A DNA stretch of 64,000 nucleotides from a bacterium (GTDB lineage: Bacteria > SAR324 > JACQKK01). Position 1 is the stretch's first letter. Each line of letters starts with the position of its first letter. Location: positions 96,001-160,000 of the forward strand of contig OZ251219.1 of assembly GCA_965240465.1 (NCBI GenBank), read 5' to 3'. The notes under the pieces were generated by a model that saw nothing but the letters and a program-made list of their open reading frames with translations, had not been told where the DNA came from and ran no database searches. The position numbers and the translations under genes were made by a program. Below are positions 1-10,209 of the stretch, piece after piece.

Positions 1-358
1 TTTTAATCACTTTTTCTATCAACTCAGGTACATCATCTGAAACACTAAGTCCAGAAACATCCATACCTTTTCCCAGAGCAGGCCCTTTGCCCGCGGTTCC
101 TAATTTTCCGACTACGGCATCTCCGGCTATTTTCTTTTGTTCAGCTACCGTTTTTTTAGATGGCAATGTTTTGGCTAATGTCGCTTTAGTAGCAATTTCT
201 TTGGCAACAGCCTTCTTCTTGGCTACTATTGCTTTAACTGCTGCTGCTTTGACTATAGCTTCCTGAGCCGCCGCCTTATCCTTGGTGACTGCATCCTCTT
301 CAGCCCTATCAACAGCATTTTTTTCTGCTACAGATTTAGATTTATTATCTTCGCTCAT
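1..358 (-). CDS. rpsE: 30S ribosomal protein S5, 5' part (runs off window), with long Ala/Lys-rich N-terminal extension
   Basis: Hand translation from ATG at 358: MSEDNKSKSVAEKNAVDRAEEDAVTKDKAAAQEAIVKAAAVKAIVAKKK...DDVPELIEKVIK. ELIEKVI matches the start of the S5 core, and the gene follows rplR as in the spc operon. Confidence 0.8.
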   Translation of the reverse strand, partial: MSEDNKSKSVAEKNAVDRAEEDAVTKDKAAAQEAIVKAAAVKAIVAKKKAVAKEIATKATLAKTLPSKKTVAEQKKIAGDAVVGKLGTAGKGPALGKGMDVSGLSVSDDVPELIEKVIK

Positions 359-433
359 GTTCAAATTACTCTAGACAAAATGTAATAAATAGCTATCAGT
401 GTTTATATTTTACACCAAAAATCTACAAACTAG

Positions 434-805
434 TTACAATTGCAAGCCTTCTTTTCTAGCAGCTTCTGCCAGAGCCTTCACCCGCCCATGATACAAGTTA
501 CCATTGCGATCAAACACTGCTTTAGAAATACCTTTCTGTTTTAGGCGTTTGGCAATCGTCTCTCCTATCAGGCTGGCAGCTTGGGTGTTGCCTGTTTTAT
601 TGGACATTTGAACCCGTAAATCCTTATCTACAGTAGAAGCAGAAGCCACAGTCTTTCCGTGGACATCGTCGACGGCTTGAACATAGATATGTTGTAGTGA
701 ACGGAATACACTTAAACGCGGCCGCGAGGCAATTCCTGATATCTTTTTGCGAACTCGCCATTTACGTCTTTGTCTTCTAAATAGTTTGCTGAAAGAATGT
801 GTCAT
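434..805 (-). CDS. rplR: 50S ribosomal protein L18
   Basis: [29 protein letters not shown] motifs; spc operon position. Confidence 0.97.
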   Translation of the reverse strand: MTHSFSKLFRRQRRKWRVRKKISGIASRPRLSVFRSLQHIYVQAVDDVHGKTVASASTVDKDLRVQMSNKTGNTQAASLIGETIAKRLKQKGISKAVFDRNGNLYHGRVKALAEAARKEGLQL

Positions 806-913
806 GGATCCTTATGGGGTAAAAGATTTAACGGTCTAAAAATATGCCTGCTAAGTTTGGTTATCGTAGGAAGTTATCAGGCTTAAAGGGCGATAAAAAA
901 GGTATGTTTGAAA

Positions 914-1459
914 TCATTTTTTGCCAGATTTTCCAGCTTTTCTCAGAATACGTTCACCCTCGTAGCTAACACCCTTACCCAGGTATGGCTCTGGTGGACG
1001 CCAAGCACGAATCTGGGCTGCAAATTGCCCTATACTAACCAAATTATCTCCAGAAAGAGTAATCAGGGTGTTATTGCTTTCTGTTTTTGCCGAAACCCCT
1101 TGAGGTAATTCCAACTTAACAGGGTGAGAATATCCTAAGCTTAATTCTAGGTAATTACCACTCGCAGCCGCACGATAGCCAACTCCTATCAATTTGAGCC
1201 TGCGAGTGAACCCCTCTGAAACTCCTTTAACCATGTTAGCTAACACGGACCTAGTAGTACCCATCATAGCTCGCGCACGGAGGTTGTTTTGATAATCAGC
1301 ACGCAAATGAAGTTGTTGATCTAGTTGCTCTACGGCAACCAAGGGATGCAAATTCATGTGCTGCTCACCCTTGGGACCTTTTACAGATACTGTCCTTCCG
1401 CCACACTCCACATCTACCCCTTCGGGAAGGGGGATGGGCTGTTTTCCTACTCGGGACAT
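914..1459 (-). CDS. rplF: 50S ribosomal protein L6
   Basis: MSRVGKQPI, GVGYRA, LGYSHP, RPPEPYLGKG. Confidence 0.98.
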   Translation of the reverse strand: MSRVGKQPIPLPEGVDVECGGRTVSVKGPKGEQHMNLHPLVAVEQLDQQLHLRADYQNNLRARAMMGTTRSVLANMVKGVSEGFTRRLKLIGVGYRAAASGNYLELSLGYSHPVKLELPQGVSAKTESNNTLITLSGDNLVSIGQFAAQIRAWRPPEPYLGKGVSYEGERILRKAGKSGKK

Positions 1460-1545
1460 GTTGTTTTGCTCAAAATATTGGTGCCTTAAATAAATTCTCT
1501 TAAAAAATTTACAGATTCAATCAGCTGTCTAGATACTGGAACAAT

Positions 1546-1947
1546 CTACCAAAATTCGCATAGGATTTCTCCACCCATTTTTTGAAAACGGCATTCGGCA
1601 TCTGTAAGTAAGCCTTTGGAAGTAGTGACAATGGCAATTCCTTGCCCATTGAAAACTAAGGGCATATGCTGAGCACCATGATACTTACGCAAACCAGGTT
1701 TGCTGACACGCTTCAAGCCCCGAATCACACTTTCACCAGCTGAGGTATACTTAAGGTTCAATTGAATTAAAGGGTGCTGGCGTCCATCTTTAGTAAGCTT
1801 CCAGCTATTGATGAATCCTTCGGTTTCCAGCACGCATGCTATTTGTTTTTTCATGCCAGAAAGAGGTGCTTCTACTCGCTTTTGTTCACGCATTATCGCA
1901 TTACGAATGCGAGTAAGAAAATCAGCGATGGGGTCATTCATGGACAT
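1546..1947 (-). CDS. rpsH: 30S ribosomal protein S8
   Basis: DPIADFLTRIRNA, RVSKPGLR, GGEILC. Confidence 0.98.
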   Translation of the reverse strand: MSMNDPIADFLTRIRNAIMREQKRVEAPLSGMKKQIACVLETEGFINSWKLTKDGRQHPLIQLNLKYTSAGESVIRGLKRVSKPGLRKYHGAQHMPLVFNGQGIAIVTTSKGLLTDAECRFQKMGGEILCEFW

Positions 1948-2010
1948 AGGATTATTCTTGTTAGAAAAATAAATCGGAATAAAATATTATTTTAAGAAAT
2001 ATGAAAACAA

Positions 2011-2196
2011 TTACCAGCTTGATTTTGTGATACCCGGTAGCCGTCCTTGAAGAGCCAATTTACGGAAACAAAGCCGACAAACTCCGAATTTCCTCATAAA
2101 GCTACGGGCTCGACCACATTGTCCACAGCGATTATAGGCACGGGAACTAAACTTTGCAGGGCGGCGGGCTTTAGCGATAAGACTCTTTTTTGCCAT
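2011..2196 (-). CDS. rpsN: 30S ribosomal protein S14, short zinc-binding (type Z) form
   Basis: 61 aa, RCGQCGR...CRLCFR, ends GITKSSW. Confidence 0.97.
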   Translation of the reverse strand: MAKKSLIAKARRPAKFSSRAYNRCGQCGRARSFMRKFGVCRLCFRKLALQGRLPGITKSSW

Positions 2197-2296
2197 AAAA
2201 ATTTCCTTAATAATATGCAGTGATGATCCACAGAATTTTGCAAAATAAACCAGACTAAAATTGCTTATAATTTGTCAAAGGTCAAAATATAAGAGA

Positions 2297-2866
2297 CTAC
2301 TGCCTACGAAAGGGAAGTCCCAATAATTCCAGCAATCTGAGGCCTTCCTGGTTGGTAAGGGCAGTGGTATGAAAAGTAATGTTCATGCCACGTATGCCTT
2401 CAATATCATCAAAATCTAGTTCAGGGAATATCAATTGTTCTTTCAAACCGATAGTGTAATTTCCATTGCCATCAAAACTTTTGCGAGGGACGCCTCTAAA
2501 ATCTCTTACTTGAGGCAAAGCAATGGTTAACAGCTTATCAAGAAAGTACCACATGCGTTCTCGCCTTAAAGTGACCATCATGCCGATGGGCATGCCTGTT
2601 CTAATCTTGAAAGATGCAATGGATTTTTTGGCACGGGTTAGCACCGGTTTTTGCCCCGCAATTCGCGTCAGTTCTTTTTGCACGTGATCCAGAACTTTGG
2701 CATTGTGGGACGCCTCACCAGCACCCACATTGAGGGTAACTTTCACCACGGCTGGAGTTTGGCTGGGGTTGTCATAATCAAATTCTTTTACCATAGCTGG
2801 AAATACCTGCTTGAGATATTTCTCAGCTAACCTAGGTTTATTAATTTTTCTGGAAGCAACTGCCAT
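2297..2866 (-). CDS. rplE: 50S ribosomal protein L5
   Basis: [37 protein letters not shown]. Confidence 0.98.
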   Translation of the reverse strand: MAVASRKINKPRLAEKYLKQVFPAMVKEFDYDNPSQTPAVVKVTLNVGAGEASHNAKVLDHVQKELTRIAGQKPVLTRAKKSIASFKIRTGMPIGMMVTLRRERMWYFLDKLLTIALPQVRDFRGVPRKSFDGNGNYTIGLKEQLIFPELDFDDIEGIRGMNITFHTTALTNQEGLRLLELLGLPFRRQ

Positions 2867-2904
2867 GGACGAAATAAGAAAATAAAGAAAGTTAATAAAA
2901 ATAC

Positions 2905-3162
2905 TTAATTTTTTAACAACACCTTAACATTTGAAATATGTACGGGCGATTCTATAGGGAAAATGCCCCCTTTTTCTCCTTGACTGCGAGGTTTACTGTG
3001 TCGCTTACAAAGGTTGATACCCTCTATGATGACGGTGTGTTGCCTTACATTAATGCGTTGGACCTTACCTGTCTTCCCCTTGTCCTTGCCAGTGATGACT
3101 TGGACTTCATCGCCAATGCGAAAGGGTCTTTTACTCAGCGGAGGTTGTTTGGTAATAGGCAT
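2905..3162 (-). CDS. rplX: 50S ribosomal protein L24 (short, 85 aa)
   Basis: KOW motif [25 protein letters not shown]. Confidence 0.95.
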   Translation of the reverse strand: MPITKQPPLSKRPFRIGDEVQVITGKDKGKTGKVQRINVRQHTVIIEGINLCKRHSKPRSQGEKGGIFPIESPVHISNVKVLLKN

Positions 3163-3244
3163 TAGAACAAAGGGCGATAATAAGGTTGAGCAACTTAGAT
3201 AAAACTTTGTTAAGCAAAAAATCCATTATCAGTGGAATTAGACA

Positions 3245-3613
3245 CTAAATAACTTCTGGTGCTAGGGATACTATTTTCATAAAGCGCTTAGCTCTCAATT
3301 CCCGGGCTACAGGACCAAAAATACGGGTACCAATGGGCTCTCGCTTGGGATCAATCAGCACAGCAGCATTCTCATCAAATTTAATGTAAGAGCCATCCTG
3401 TCGTCCTACTTCTTTTGCCGTGCGTACAACTACCGCACGTACCACCGAACCCGTTTTGATGCGGCTATTAGGTACAGCCTCGCGTACAGAAGCTACTACT
3501 ACATCGCCCAAGAAAGCGTATCTTCTTTTTGAACCACCCAGCACCTTTATGCACATCAGCAGGGTAGCACCAGTGTTATCAGCAACTTTCAGACGGGACT
3601 GTACTTGTATCAT
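3245..3613 (-). CDS. rplN: 50S ribosomal protein L14
   Basis: MIQ...[27 protein letters not shown]. Confidence 0.99.
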   Translation of the reverse strand: MIQVQSRLKVADNTGATLLMCIKVLGGSKRRYAFLGDVVVASVREAVPNSRIKTGSVVRAVVVRTAKEVGRQDGSYIKFDENAAVLIDPKREPIGTRIFGPVARELRAKRFMKIVSLAPEVI

Positions 3614-3616
3614 TGA

Positions 3617-3922
3617 TTATCCTGTTGGCTGAATATCTTTAGATTTTTGGGTAGAAATGAGCACCTTGATAAGTCGCCAGCGTTTGGTACGACTCAGAGA
3701 ACGACATTCCATAATGCTGACAGTATCACCCACTTGGCACTCATTATTTTCATCGTGGGCGTGATAGCGTTTGCTACGGCGGATAGTCTTTTTATAAAGA
3801 GGATGAACGGTTATTCTTTCCACCCGTACCACAATAGATTTATCCATGCTGTTGCTGACAACGGTGCCTCGCCTGGTTTTTCGCGTCAGGCGTTCTGTAG
3901 CATTACTTTTTATTTGAGACAT
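3617..3922 (-). CDS. rpsQ: 30S ribosomal protein S17
   Basis: [41 protein letters not shown]. Confidence 0.97.
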   Translation of the reverse strand: MSQIKSNATERLTRKTRRGTVVSNSMDKSIVVRVERITVHPLYKKTIRRSKRYHAHDENNECQVGDTVSIMECRSLSRTKRWRLIKVLISTQKSKDIQPTG

Positions 3923-4115
3923 CTTTGATTTCTTGTTCTCTTATCAGGGTTTTTATACGGGCGATGCTACGACGTAACTTAGGGATCTGGCTAGTATCGG
4001 TTTGCTGCCCTACAGACTTGCTACAACATGCCTGAAATAGTTGTTTTTCACTTTTATCCAGCAAAGATTTGATATCTGAAATGGACATATCCCTCAATTT
4101 TCCAATTTTTTCCAT
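3903..4115 (-). CDS. rpmC: 50S ribosomal protein L29
   Basis: [10 protein letters not shown]; lies between rplP and rpsQ. Confidence 0.9.
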   Translation of the reverse strand: MEKIGKLRDMSISDIKSLLDKSEKQLFQACCSKSVGQQTDTSQIPKLRRSIARIKTLIREQEIKDVSNKK

Positions 4116-4137
4116 GAACTATCCATTCTAGGTTACG

Positions 4138-4545
4138 CTAAACCCGGCTGAGCACATTACAAGCAAATGGTAATTTATAAGAAGCAGCCCGCAAAGCAGC
4201 CACAGCAATTGATTTTTCCACACCGTCCATTTCAAACAACACCCGACCCGGCTTTATTTTTGCCGACCAGTGATCAACAGCACCCTTACCGCTTCCCATA
4301 CGAACTTCTGCAGGGCGTTGGGTAATGGGCTTGTCGGGGAAAATGGTAATCCAAATTTTACCCTTTCTTTTTATCTGCCGTGCCAAAGTGCGTCGTACTG
4401 CTTCTATTTGTCTCGCAGTCATCATGCCAGATTGGGCTGCTTGCAACCCATAAGCCCCGAAGTACAACTTGTTGGCTCGCTGGGCTTTCCCGCGCAGGCG
4501 ACCCTTCATTTGTTTTCTAAATTTGGTGCGTTTAGGCATTAACAT
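4138..4545 (-). CDS. rplP: 50S ribosomal protein L16
   Basis: Start reassigned to ATG at 4545 ([16 protein letters not shown]); IFPDKP, RMGSGKG. Confidence 0.98.
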   Translation of the reverse strand: MLMPKRTKFRKQMKGRLRGKAQRANKLYFGAYGLQAAQSGMMTARQIEAVRRTLARQIKRKGKIWITIFPDKPITQRPAEVRMGSGKGAVDHWSAKIKPGRVLFEMDGVEKSIAVAALRAASYKLPFACNVLSRV

Positions 4546-4555
4546 AACAGATTCA

Positions 4556-5242
4556 TCAACTAGTCTTGTTATCGGCAGCAGGATCACCAGGACGACGGCG
4601 GAAGGCGGCACGCGGCTGGTTATGTTCTTCTCCCTTGTAAATCCACACTTTTACCCCTATGATGCCGAAAGTGGTGGCCGCCTCTGCGGTGCCATAATCA
4701 ATGTTGATCCGCAAGGTATGTAGAGGAATACGCCCTTCACGCACCCACTCGCACCGAGACATCTCTGCTCCATTTAAGCGGCCCGACACCATTATTTTGC
4801 ACCCCTGTACGTTCAAACGCATGGTGTTGGCCAAAGTTCTGCGAATAGCCCGACGAAATGTAACTCGCCTTTCCAGCTGACCAGCGATATTCTCTGCTAC
4901 CAGTTGAGCGTCAATATCCGGGCGACGCACTTCCTTGATATTCACCTTTACCCGACATTTAGCCAACTGGGTTAGCTGGAGCTTGAGAACATCGGCAGAT
5001 TCGCCCTTGCGACCAATGATAATCCCTGGCCGAGAGGCATGAATATTAACAGTCATCTGCTGAGAGGTGTGTTCGGTCTCTACCCGAGAAATACCGGCAT
5101 TCTTATGGTGTTTGCGAATGTATTTCTCTATACCAAGATCAATATTAAGTAACCTGGCGTAATCACTTTCAGCAAACCACTTACTCTGCCACTGTTTTGT
5201 AAGGCTTAGACGCATGCCTATAGGATGTACTTTTTGACCCAT
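4556..5242 (-). CDS. rpsC: 30S ribosomal protein S3
   Basis: Start reassigned to ATG at 5242 ([12 protein letters not shown]); [29 protein letters not shown]. Confidence 0.98.
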   Translation of the reverse strand: MGQKVHPIGMRLSLTKQWQSKWFAESDYARLLNIDLGIEKYIRKHHKNAGISRVETEHTSQQMTVNIHASRPGIIIGRKGESADVLKLQLTQLAKCRVKVNIKEVRRPDIDAQLVAENIAGQLERRVTFRRAIRRTLANTMRLNVQGCKIMVSGRLNGAEMSRCEWVREGRIPLHTLRINIDYGTAEAATTFGIIGVKVWIYKGEEHNQPRAAFRRRPGDPAADNKTS

Positions 5243-5244
5243 AA

Positions 5245-5748
5245 CTAACCCACCTTCAGGGTTACATGGCAGGAACGCTTCCGGATTGGAGCCGATCTTC
5301 CATATGCTCTGGCTCGCCATCGCTTTAGTGTGCGGCCCTGATTGACGAAAATACACTTTATTTTTAACTGTTCCAATTTTACACTTCCACCGCTACTTCG
5401 TTCTGCATTGGAAATAGCTGACTTCAAAAGATTTTTCACTGCTGGGCTTGATCCTTTTTTCACATTATCCAAAATTCCCAGTGCCTGTACCACATTCTGA
5501 TTGCGAATCAACCCTGCAACCAATCGCACCTTGCGAGGAGAAGTGTGGAAATTACGCAATACTGCCCGATACAAAACACCAGTAGAAGTTTCGGCAACCT
5601 GAGGTATTTGCTCAGAAATGGTTTTTTTATTGGCTTTTCTATCCGCGTCTCTTTGCTCCACGGATGCTTTTACAACGGCCTTATTGAGAGGATCTTTCGG
5701 GTTCGCCTTAGTACCGTCTGATCTGATATGAGGGGGTTTTGCATTCAT
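5245..5748 (-). CDS. rplV: 50S ribosomal protein L22 with N-terminal extension
   Basis: SPRKVRLVA.LIR, LLKSAISNAE, RARAYGR...IRKRSCH. Confidence 0.95.
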   Translation of the reverse strand: MNAKPPHIRSDGTKANPKDPLNKAVVKASVEQRDADRKANKKTISEQIPQVAETSTGVLYRAVLRNFHTSPRKVRLVAGLIRNQNVVQALGILDNVKKGSSPAVKNLLKSAISNAERSSGGSVKLEQLKIKCIFVNQGRTLKRWRARAYGRSAPIRKRSCHVTLKVG

Positions 5749-5762
5749 GGCAATTTTTAGGT

Positions 5763-6047
5763 TTAGCGCCTCTGGGCACGGGCATCTGATTTAGTGGTAT
5801 GGCCACGATAAGTACGAGTAGGAGCAAATTCCCCTAGCTTATGACCAACCATATTCTCGGTAACAGACACCGGTATAAATTTGCGTCCATCATAGACAGC
5901 TAAATTCAAGCCCACAAAATCAGGCAACACCATGGAACGTCTGGACCAAGTACGAATCAAGCGTCTTTCATTGGTTTCCTTAGCACGCAAAGCCTTGGCC
6001 AACAAGTGTTGGTCTACAAAAGGTCCTTTTTTTAATGATCTTGGCAT
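5763..6047 (-). CDS. rpsS: 30S ribosomal protein S19
   Basis: Start at ATG 6047: [31 protein letters not shown]. Confidence 0.99.
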   Translation of the reverse strand: MPRSLKKGPFVDQHLLAKALRAKETNERRLIRTWSRRSMVLPDFVGLNLAVYDGRKFIPVSVTENMVGHKLGEFAPTRTYRGHTTKSDARAQRR

Positions 6048-6372
6048 AATAAAAAAAAAAATCACTAATTAATAATCATTTGAACTCAAAACAAAAAATG
6101 CGTGCCAGATCGTCTATTCAAAATACCTGCTAGTGCAACTCTGGGATCACATCCCCTAAGTGTAGACCATAACTCACCTCGTTTGGCAACAAAAAACGTT
6201 AGAGATTATGTATTATCCCGCAAGAATAAATTGACTTTTTGTATTGTAGGTTATATCGGTGGTAGGGAAGGATGCTTGTTTTGGAAGGGTGTCAATTTGA
6301 GATTAGATAAAAATTGGCAATAAAGAAGCATAGCAAGAAAGTTTAACGGACGCTTAACAAGGAAGTACAGCA

Positions 6373-7608
6373 ATGCGTCAACGAGATTTAGTTGTAGCAG
6401 GATTAGATATAGGCACAACAAAGGTGTGTGCGTTGGCGGCAGAGGTGACCGTAGCAGGGGATTTGCGTGCGATAGGTTTTGGGCAGGTTCCCTCCGATGG
6501 GATGCGTAAGGGAGTGGTGGTAAATATAGAAAAAGCGGTGGGGGCAGTGCGTGGTGCAGTAACAGAATGTGGGCGTATGTGTGGCTCACCATTAAAGAGT
6601 GTTTATGTAGGCATAGCAGGTCAGCATGTTCAAGGAACAAATGAGCACGGCATGGTAGCAGTACAAAATGGCACAATTTCAGAAGATGATATTCGTAGAA
6701 CTATAGAGTCAGCACAAGCTATCAGCATTCCATCGGACCGAGAAGTTTTGCATATTCTGCCTCGGGATTTTATTGTAGATGACCAAGATGGAGTTCAAAG
6801 TCCATTGGGAATGTCAGGGATACGCTTGGAAGTGGATGTACATATTGTCACATGCGCGGCTACCAGCGGGCAAAATATTGTGAAGTGCTGTAACTCAGCC
6901 GGTTTAGAGGTAGCTGACATTGCATTGGAGCCCCTGGCTAGTGCGGGTGCAGTATTGAGTAAGGATGAAAAGGAATTAGGGGTGGTGTTATTAGATATCG
7001 GCGGCGGAACAACGGACATGGTAGTGTATTCAGGTGGCAACCTTGTCCACACGGCAGTCTTGGCAGTAGGGGGGAATCACATAACGCACGATGTGGCCAT
7101 TGGTTTGTGTACACCATTGCCAGAAGCAGAGCTGATTAAGCATGAACACGGGGTCGCTATGCGCAACATGGTGCCGTCTTATGACACCATACAGGTACCG
7201 TCTGTAGGAGGTAGACGGGAGCGTAATATGGACAGGCGAGTGTTGGCGATCGTAATTGAAGAGCGATTATGTGAGATTTTTGAATTGGTGGATGCAGAGA
7301 TTCGCCGAGCAGGATGTTACGGTATGATTGCCTCAGGAGTAGTTTTAACAGGGGGATGTGCACTACTAGAGGGGATTGATGATTTGGCACATAAAGTGAT
7401 GGAACTTCCTGCACGGGTAGGTTATCCACGTAGGATTAGTGGCCTAGATGATATGATTCATTCGCCCGCCTACGCCACAGTTACCGGATTGTTGCATTAT
7501 GCCCAAGGAAATGGTGATTCTCGCAAGTACCCTTTTATGATGCGTGAACCACATTTCTTTGGACGCATGACTCGTAATGTGCGGCATTGGATGGACGATT
7601 TGTTTTAG
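6373..7608 (+). CDS. ftsA: Cell division protein FtsA
   Basis: GLDIGTTKV, DIGGGTTD, GVVLTGG actin-like motifs; directly upstream of ftsZ. Confidence 0.98.
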   Translation: MRQRDLVVAGLDIGTTKVCALAAEVTVAGDLRAIGFGQVPSDGMRKGVVVNIEKAVGAVRGAVTECGRMCGSPLKSVYVGIAGQHVQGTNEHGMVAVQNGTISEDDIRRTIESAQAISIPSDREVLHILPRDFIVDDQDGVQSPLGMSGIRLEVDVHIVTCAATSGQNIVKCCNSAGLEVADIALEPLASAGAVLSKDEKELGVVLLDIGGGTTDMVVYSGGNLVHTAVLAVGGNHITHDVAIGLCTPLPEAELIKHEHGVAMRNMVPSYDTIQVPSVGGRRERNMDRRVLAIVIEERLCEIFELVDAEIRRAGCYGMIASGVVLTGGCALLEGIDDLAHKVMELPARVGYPRRISGLDDMIHSPAYATVTGLLHYAQGNGDSRKYPFMMREPHFFGRMTRNVRHWMDDLF

Positions 7609-7638
7609 TAGGTATGTTTTCCCAGTAATAACAGGAGT

Positions 7639-9012
7639 TTGAGTGATATGTCAGCAGGGATGCAGATTCAAGACATCAAAGAACATAGTGTACATGCCCC
7701 TTTGATTAAGGTGGTAGGAATTGGAGGCGGAGGTGGCAATGCCGTCAATCGCATGATGGAAGCTGGCCTTGATTCAGTTGATTTCGTAGTAGGTAACACT
7801 GATCTACAAGATCTAAATGCTTCTCATGCTCCATATAAGATACAGTTTGGTCCAAAATGTACTCGGGGGTTGGGTGCAGGTTCAAAACCGAATTTGGGTC
7901 GCGAGGCGGCGGTGGAAGATTTGAATAGCATTAAGGAATGTTTAAGAGGGGCTGATATGGTGTTCATCACTGCCGGTTTGGGGGGAGGCACGGGTTCTGG
8001 AGCGACACCGGTAGTAGCTGAAGTAGCTAGTGAGCTTAATTGTCTCACTGTATGTGTGGTGACAAAGCCATTTCGTTTTGAAGGGGCTGCTCGTTGTCGT
8101 AATGCGGAGGAAAGCATTGTCCAAATTAGAAAGCACGTGGACACTTTGATTGTAATTCCCAATGATAATCTCTTGGGTCTTTCGGGTAAAGAGACTTCTA
8201 TTTTAGAGGCTTTCAGCATGGCAGATGATGTTTTGCGGGTGGCTATCCAGGGCATTTCTGACCTTATTACAAAAGATGCCCTCATCAATTTAGATTTTGC
8301 GGATGTTCGTACTGTAATGGGTGGAATGGGGCAAGCGATTATGGGTATTGGAGTAGGAGAAGGAGAAAATAGGGCTCTGGAAGCCGCAGAAAAAGCCATC
8401 CACAGCCCCTTGCTGGATGATTGCCGCATTGATGGAGCAAAGGGAATTTTGATTAATGTCTCGGGTTCCGCCAGTCTAGGCATACTGGAAGCAAATGAAG
8501 CAGTGAGCTACATCACCGAATTAGCAGATAAAGATGCCAATGTGATTTTTGGGGCCAACATTAAGCCTGATATGCCTGAAGAGAAACTGGAAGTGACCGT
8601 AATTGCCACAGGATTTGATAGTACCAAAGATCAGAAAACGGGAACTGCTGAAGCGGGGCCTGTTTATTATCTAGGGACAGATAAAAACAGCAGATCGGAA
8701 AGATTAGAAAATGTGGAAGATCATCATTCTCACCTGGGCGAATTGAAGTCTGTGCCAGACAGCTTAGCTGAAGAGCATTTGGCCTTCGTTGACAAGGAGA
8801 ATGTCAGTGAAATTCTTGAAGCGGATAAAGATGCTACGGCAAGTGTGTCTGATATTGCTTGCCAAGCAGAGGATAAAGGTGCCGCTGAAGCTCCACTGGA
8901 AACTGAGCCCAGCATTCCTTCTAGTTATCAAAACGATGACAACCAAAACTTGTATGCAAATAATCTGGATGTTCCTGCTTTTATCCGCCGTCGCAACCAC
9001 CGTGTACGGTAG
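7639..9012 (+). CDS. ftsZ: Cell division protein FtsZ with long acidic linker
   Basis: GGGGGNAVNRM, GGGTGSG tubulin signature, INLDFAD, C-terminal LDVPAFIRR peptide. The start may be the ATG at 7648. Confidence 0.99.
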   Translation: MSDMSAGMQIQDIKEHSVHAPLIKVVGIGGGGGNAVNRMMEAGLDSVDFVVGNTDLQDLNASHAPYKIQFGPKCTRGLGAGSKPNLGREAAVEDLNSIKECLRGADMVFITAGLGGGTGSGATPVVAEVASELNCLTVCVVTKPFRFEGAARCRNAEESIVQIRKHVDTLIVIPNDNLLGLSGKETSILEAFSMADDVLRVAIQGISDLITKDALINLDFADVRTVMGGMGQAIMGIGVGEGENRALEAAEKAIHSPLLDDCRIDGAKGILINVSGSASLGILEANEAVSYITELADKDANVIFGANIKPDMPEEKLEVTVIATGFDSTKDQKTGTAEAGPVYYLGTDKNSRSERLENVEDHHSHLGELKSVPDSLAEEHLAFVDKENVSEILEADKDATASVSDIACQAEDKGAAEAPLETEPSIPSSYQNDDNQNLYANNLDVPAFIRRRNHRVR

Positions 9013-9162
9013 AATCAAGTTAATTAGAAAATAGCTTGATAAGCTAAAAAAGAAATGAACCAAAAAATAGTTAATAAGTATAGCAGTTTTGTAGATAGGT
9101 ATTTTGCCTAGACTAGGATATTTTTGATGAAGGTGAATGAAAACCATGTTTTCATCCGCTGA

Positions 9163-10164
9163 ATGCTAGTGAAGTATCCTGTAAATGGAAAGATAAAAAT
9201 TATGATTATGTCTTGGCACCTGCGTTTGTGTTTGAGGTTGGGGTTAAGGTTGGGCATATGGGGAATTTTGCTGAGCGTGTTTGCTGTAATGTTGTGGCAG
9301 CTGCTGTGGATATGGCTGGCAGTTCCGTTGGTAGGGGGGACGCTATTGGTTGGTTTATGGGAGGCATGGCGGTTGATGCATCAGCATGGGAGTGGTAGGT
9401 TGAAGGGGTGGGTGTATGGAGCATTTAAGGGAGCGGCAATGAGTGGGCTGGCGTTTTATGCTTCGTTTTTGATGTCGCGACCAGAGTGGTTCTGGCCTTT
9501 GCTGTTGGCATTGGTTGCTGGGAGTTGTGGAGGGTATCGAAAATATCGGCTGAGCGGGTTAAAACATTATTTGCTTAGCTGGGGTCTGGGTGTTGTAGTT
9601 GGTGGAGCGTGGGCTTGGGTATTACTGAGCTTGTTACCATGGTTGGTATTTGTATTAGGGTTGTGGAGTGTGGGATGGCTATGGTGGTGGATTTTGTTAC
9701 CCAAGCTATTAGCTCGTAGCTGGGTGCGAGTACTAAATGGACCCTTAGAGGACATGTGTTATCCGCTGCGGGGCGAGCTAATAAAGATTGGTGCGGATGC
9801 AGATAACCACGTGGTGTTGGAGAATTACGCTAGAGTTTACCCTTTTCATGGCTGTGTATCTAGTTCTAAAGGATGCTATAGGCTGATAGGTGACCAACAG
9901 AGGAGCGAAGTATTGGTTAATTATCGTCAGTTTGCACAGCATAAATTAGAGAGTGGAGATTTACTTAAGTTGGGTGACGCACTGCTTCAAGTGGGAGGCA
10001 AGCTACCAACAGAAGATTCTGTCCCGGCAAGACAGAAAAATCGGGGGAGATATGGAAGGAACAGAAGTTCCCGTTATAGAGGTAGGCACAGCAGGGGACA
10101 AGATGCTGCTAGAGAGTACGGCAGAGGACGTCGGACACAAGGGTTTAGAAGCAGTAATAAGTAA
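9163..10164 (+). CDS. Multi-pass membrane protein with C-terminal degenerate FHA-like domain and Arg-rich tail
   Basis: About six hydrophobic segments, then IKIGADADNHVVL...HG.V...VLVN......KLESGDLLKLGDALL (FHA beta-sandwich pattern). Confidence 0.65.
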   Translation: MLVKYPVNGKIKIMIMSWHLRLCLRLGLRLGIWGILLSVFAVMLWQLLWIWLAVPLVGGTLLVGLWEAWRLMHQHGSGRLKGWVYGAFKGAAMSGLAFYASFLMSRPEWFWPLLLALVAGSCGGYRKYRLSGLKHYLLSWGLGVVVGGAWAWVLLSLLPWLVFVLGLWSVGWLWWWILLPKLLARSWVRVLNGPLEDMCYPLRGELIKIGADADNHVVLENYARVYPFHGCVSSSKGCYRLIGDQQRSEVLVNYRQFAQHKLESGDLLKLGDALLQVGGKLPTEDSVPARQKNRGRYGRNRSSRYRGRHSRGQDAAREYGRGRRTQGFRSSNK

Positions 10165-10209
10165 ATTGCTGAGGTCAGTTATGACACCTTTTTTATATTA
10201 AGTTAGGTT

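Noticed and set aside
9953-10201. Alternative-frame ORF with a GGAG RBS before ATG 10052, or a frameshift explaining the Arg-rich tail of the upstream gene
   Set aside because: It overlaps the FHA-like gene by more than 100 nt with no recognisable motif; undecidable without homologues
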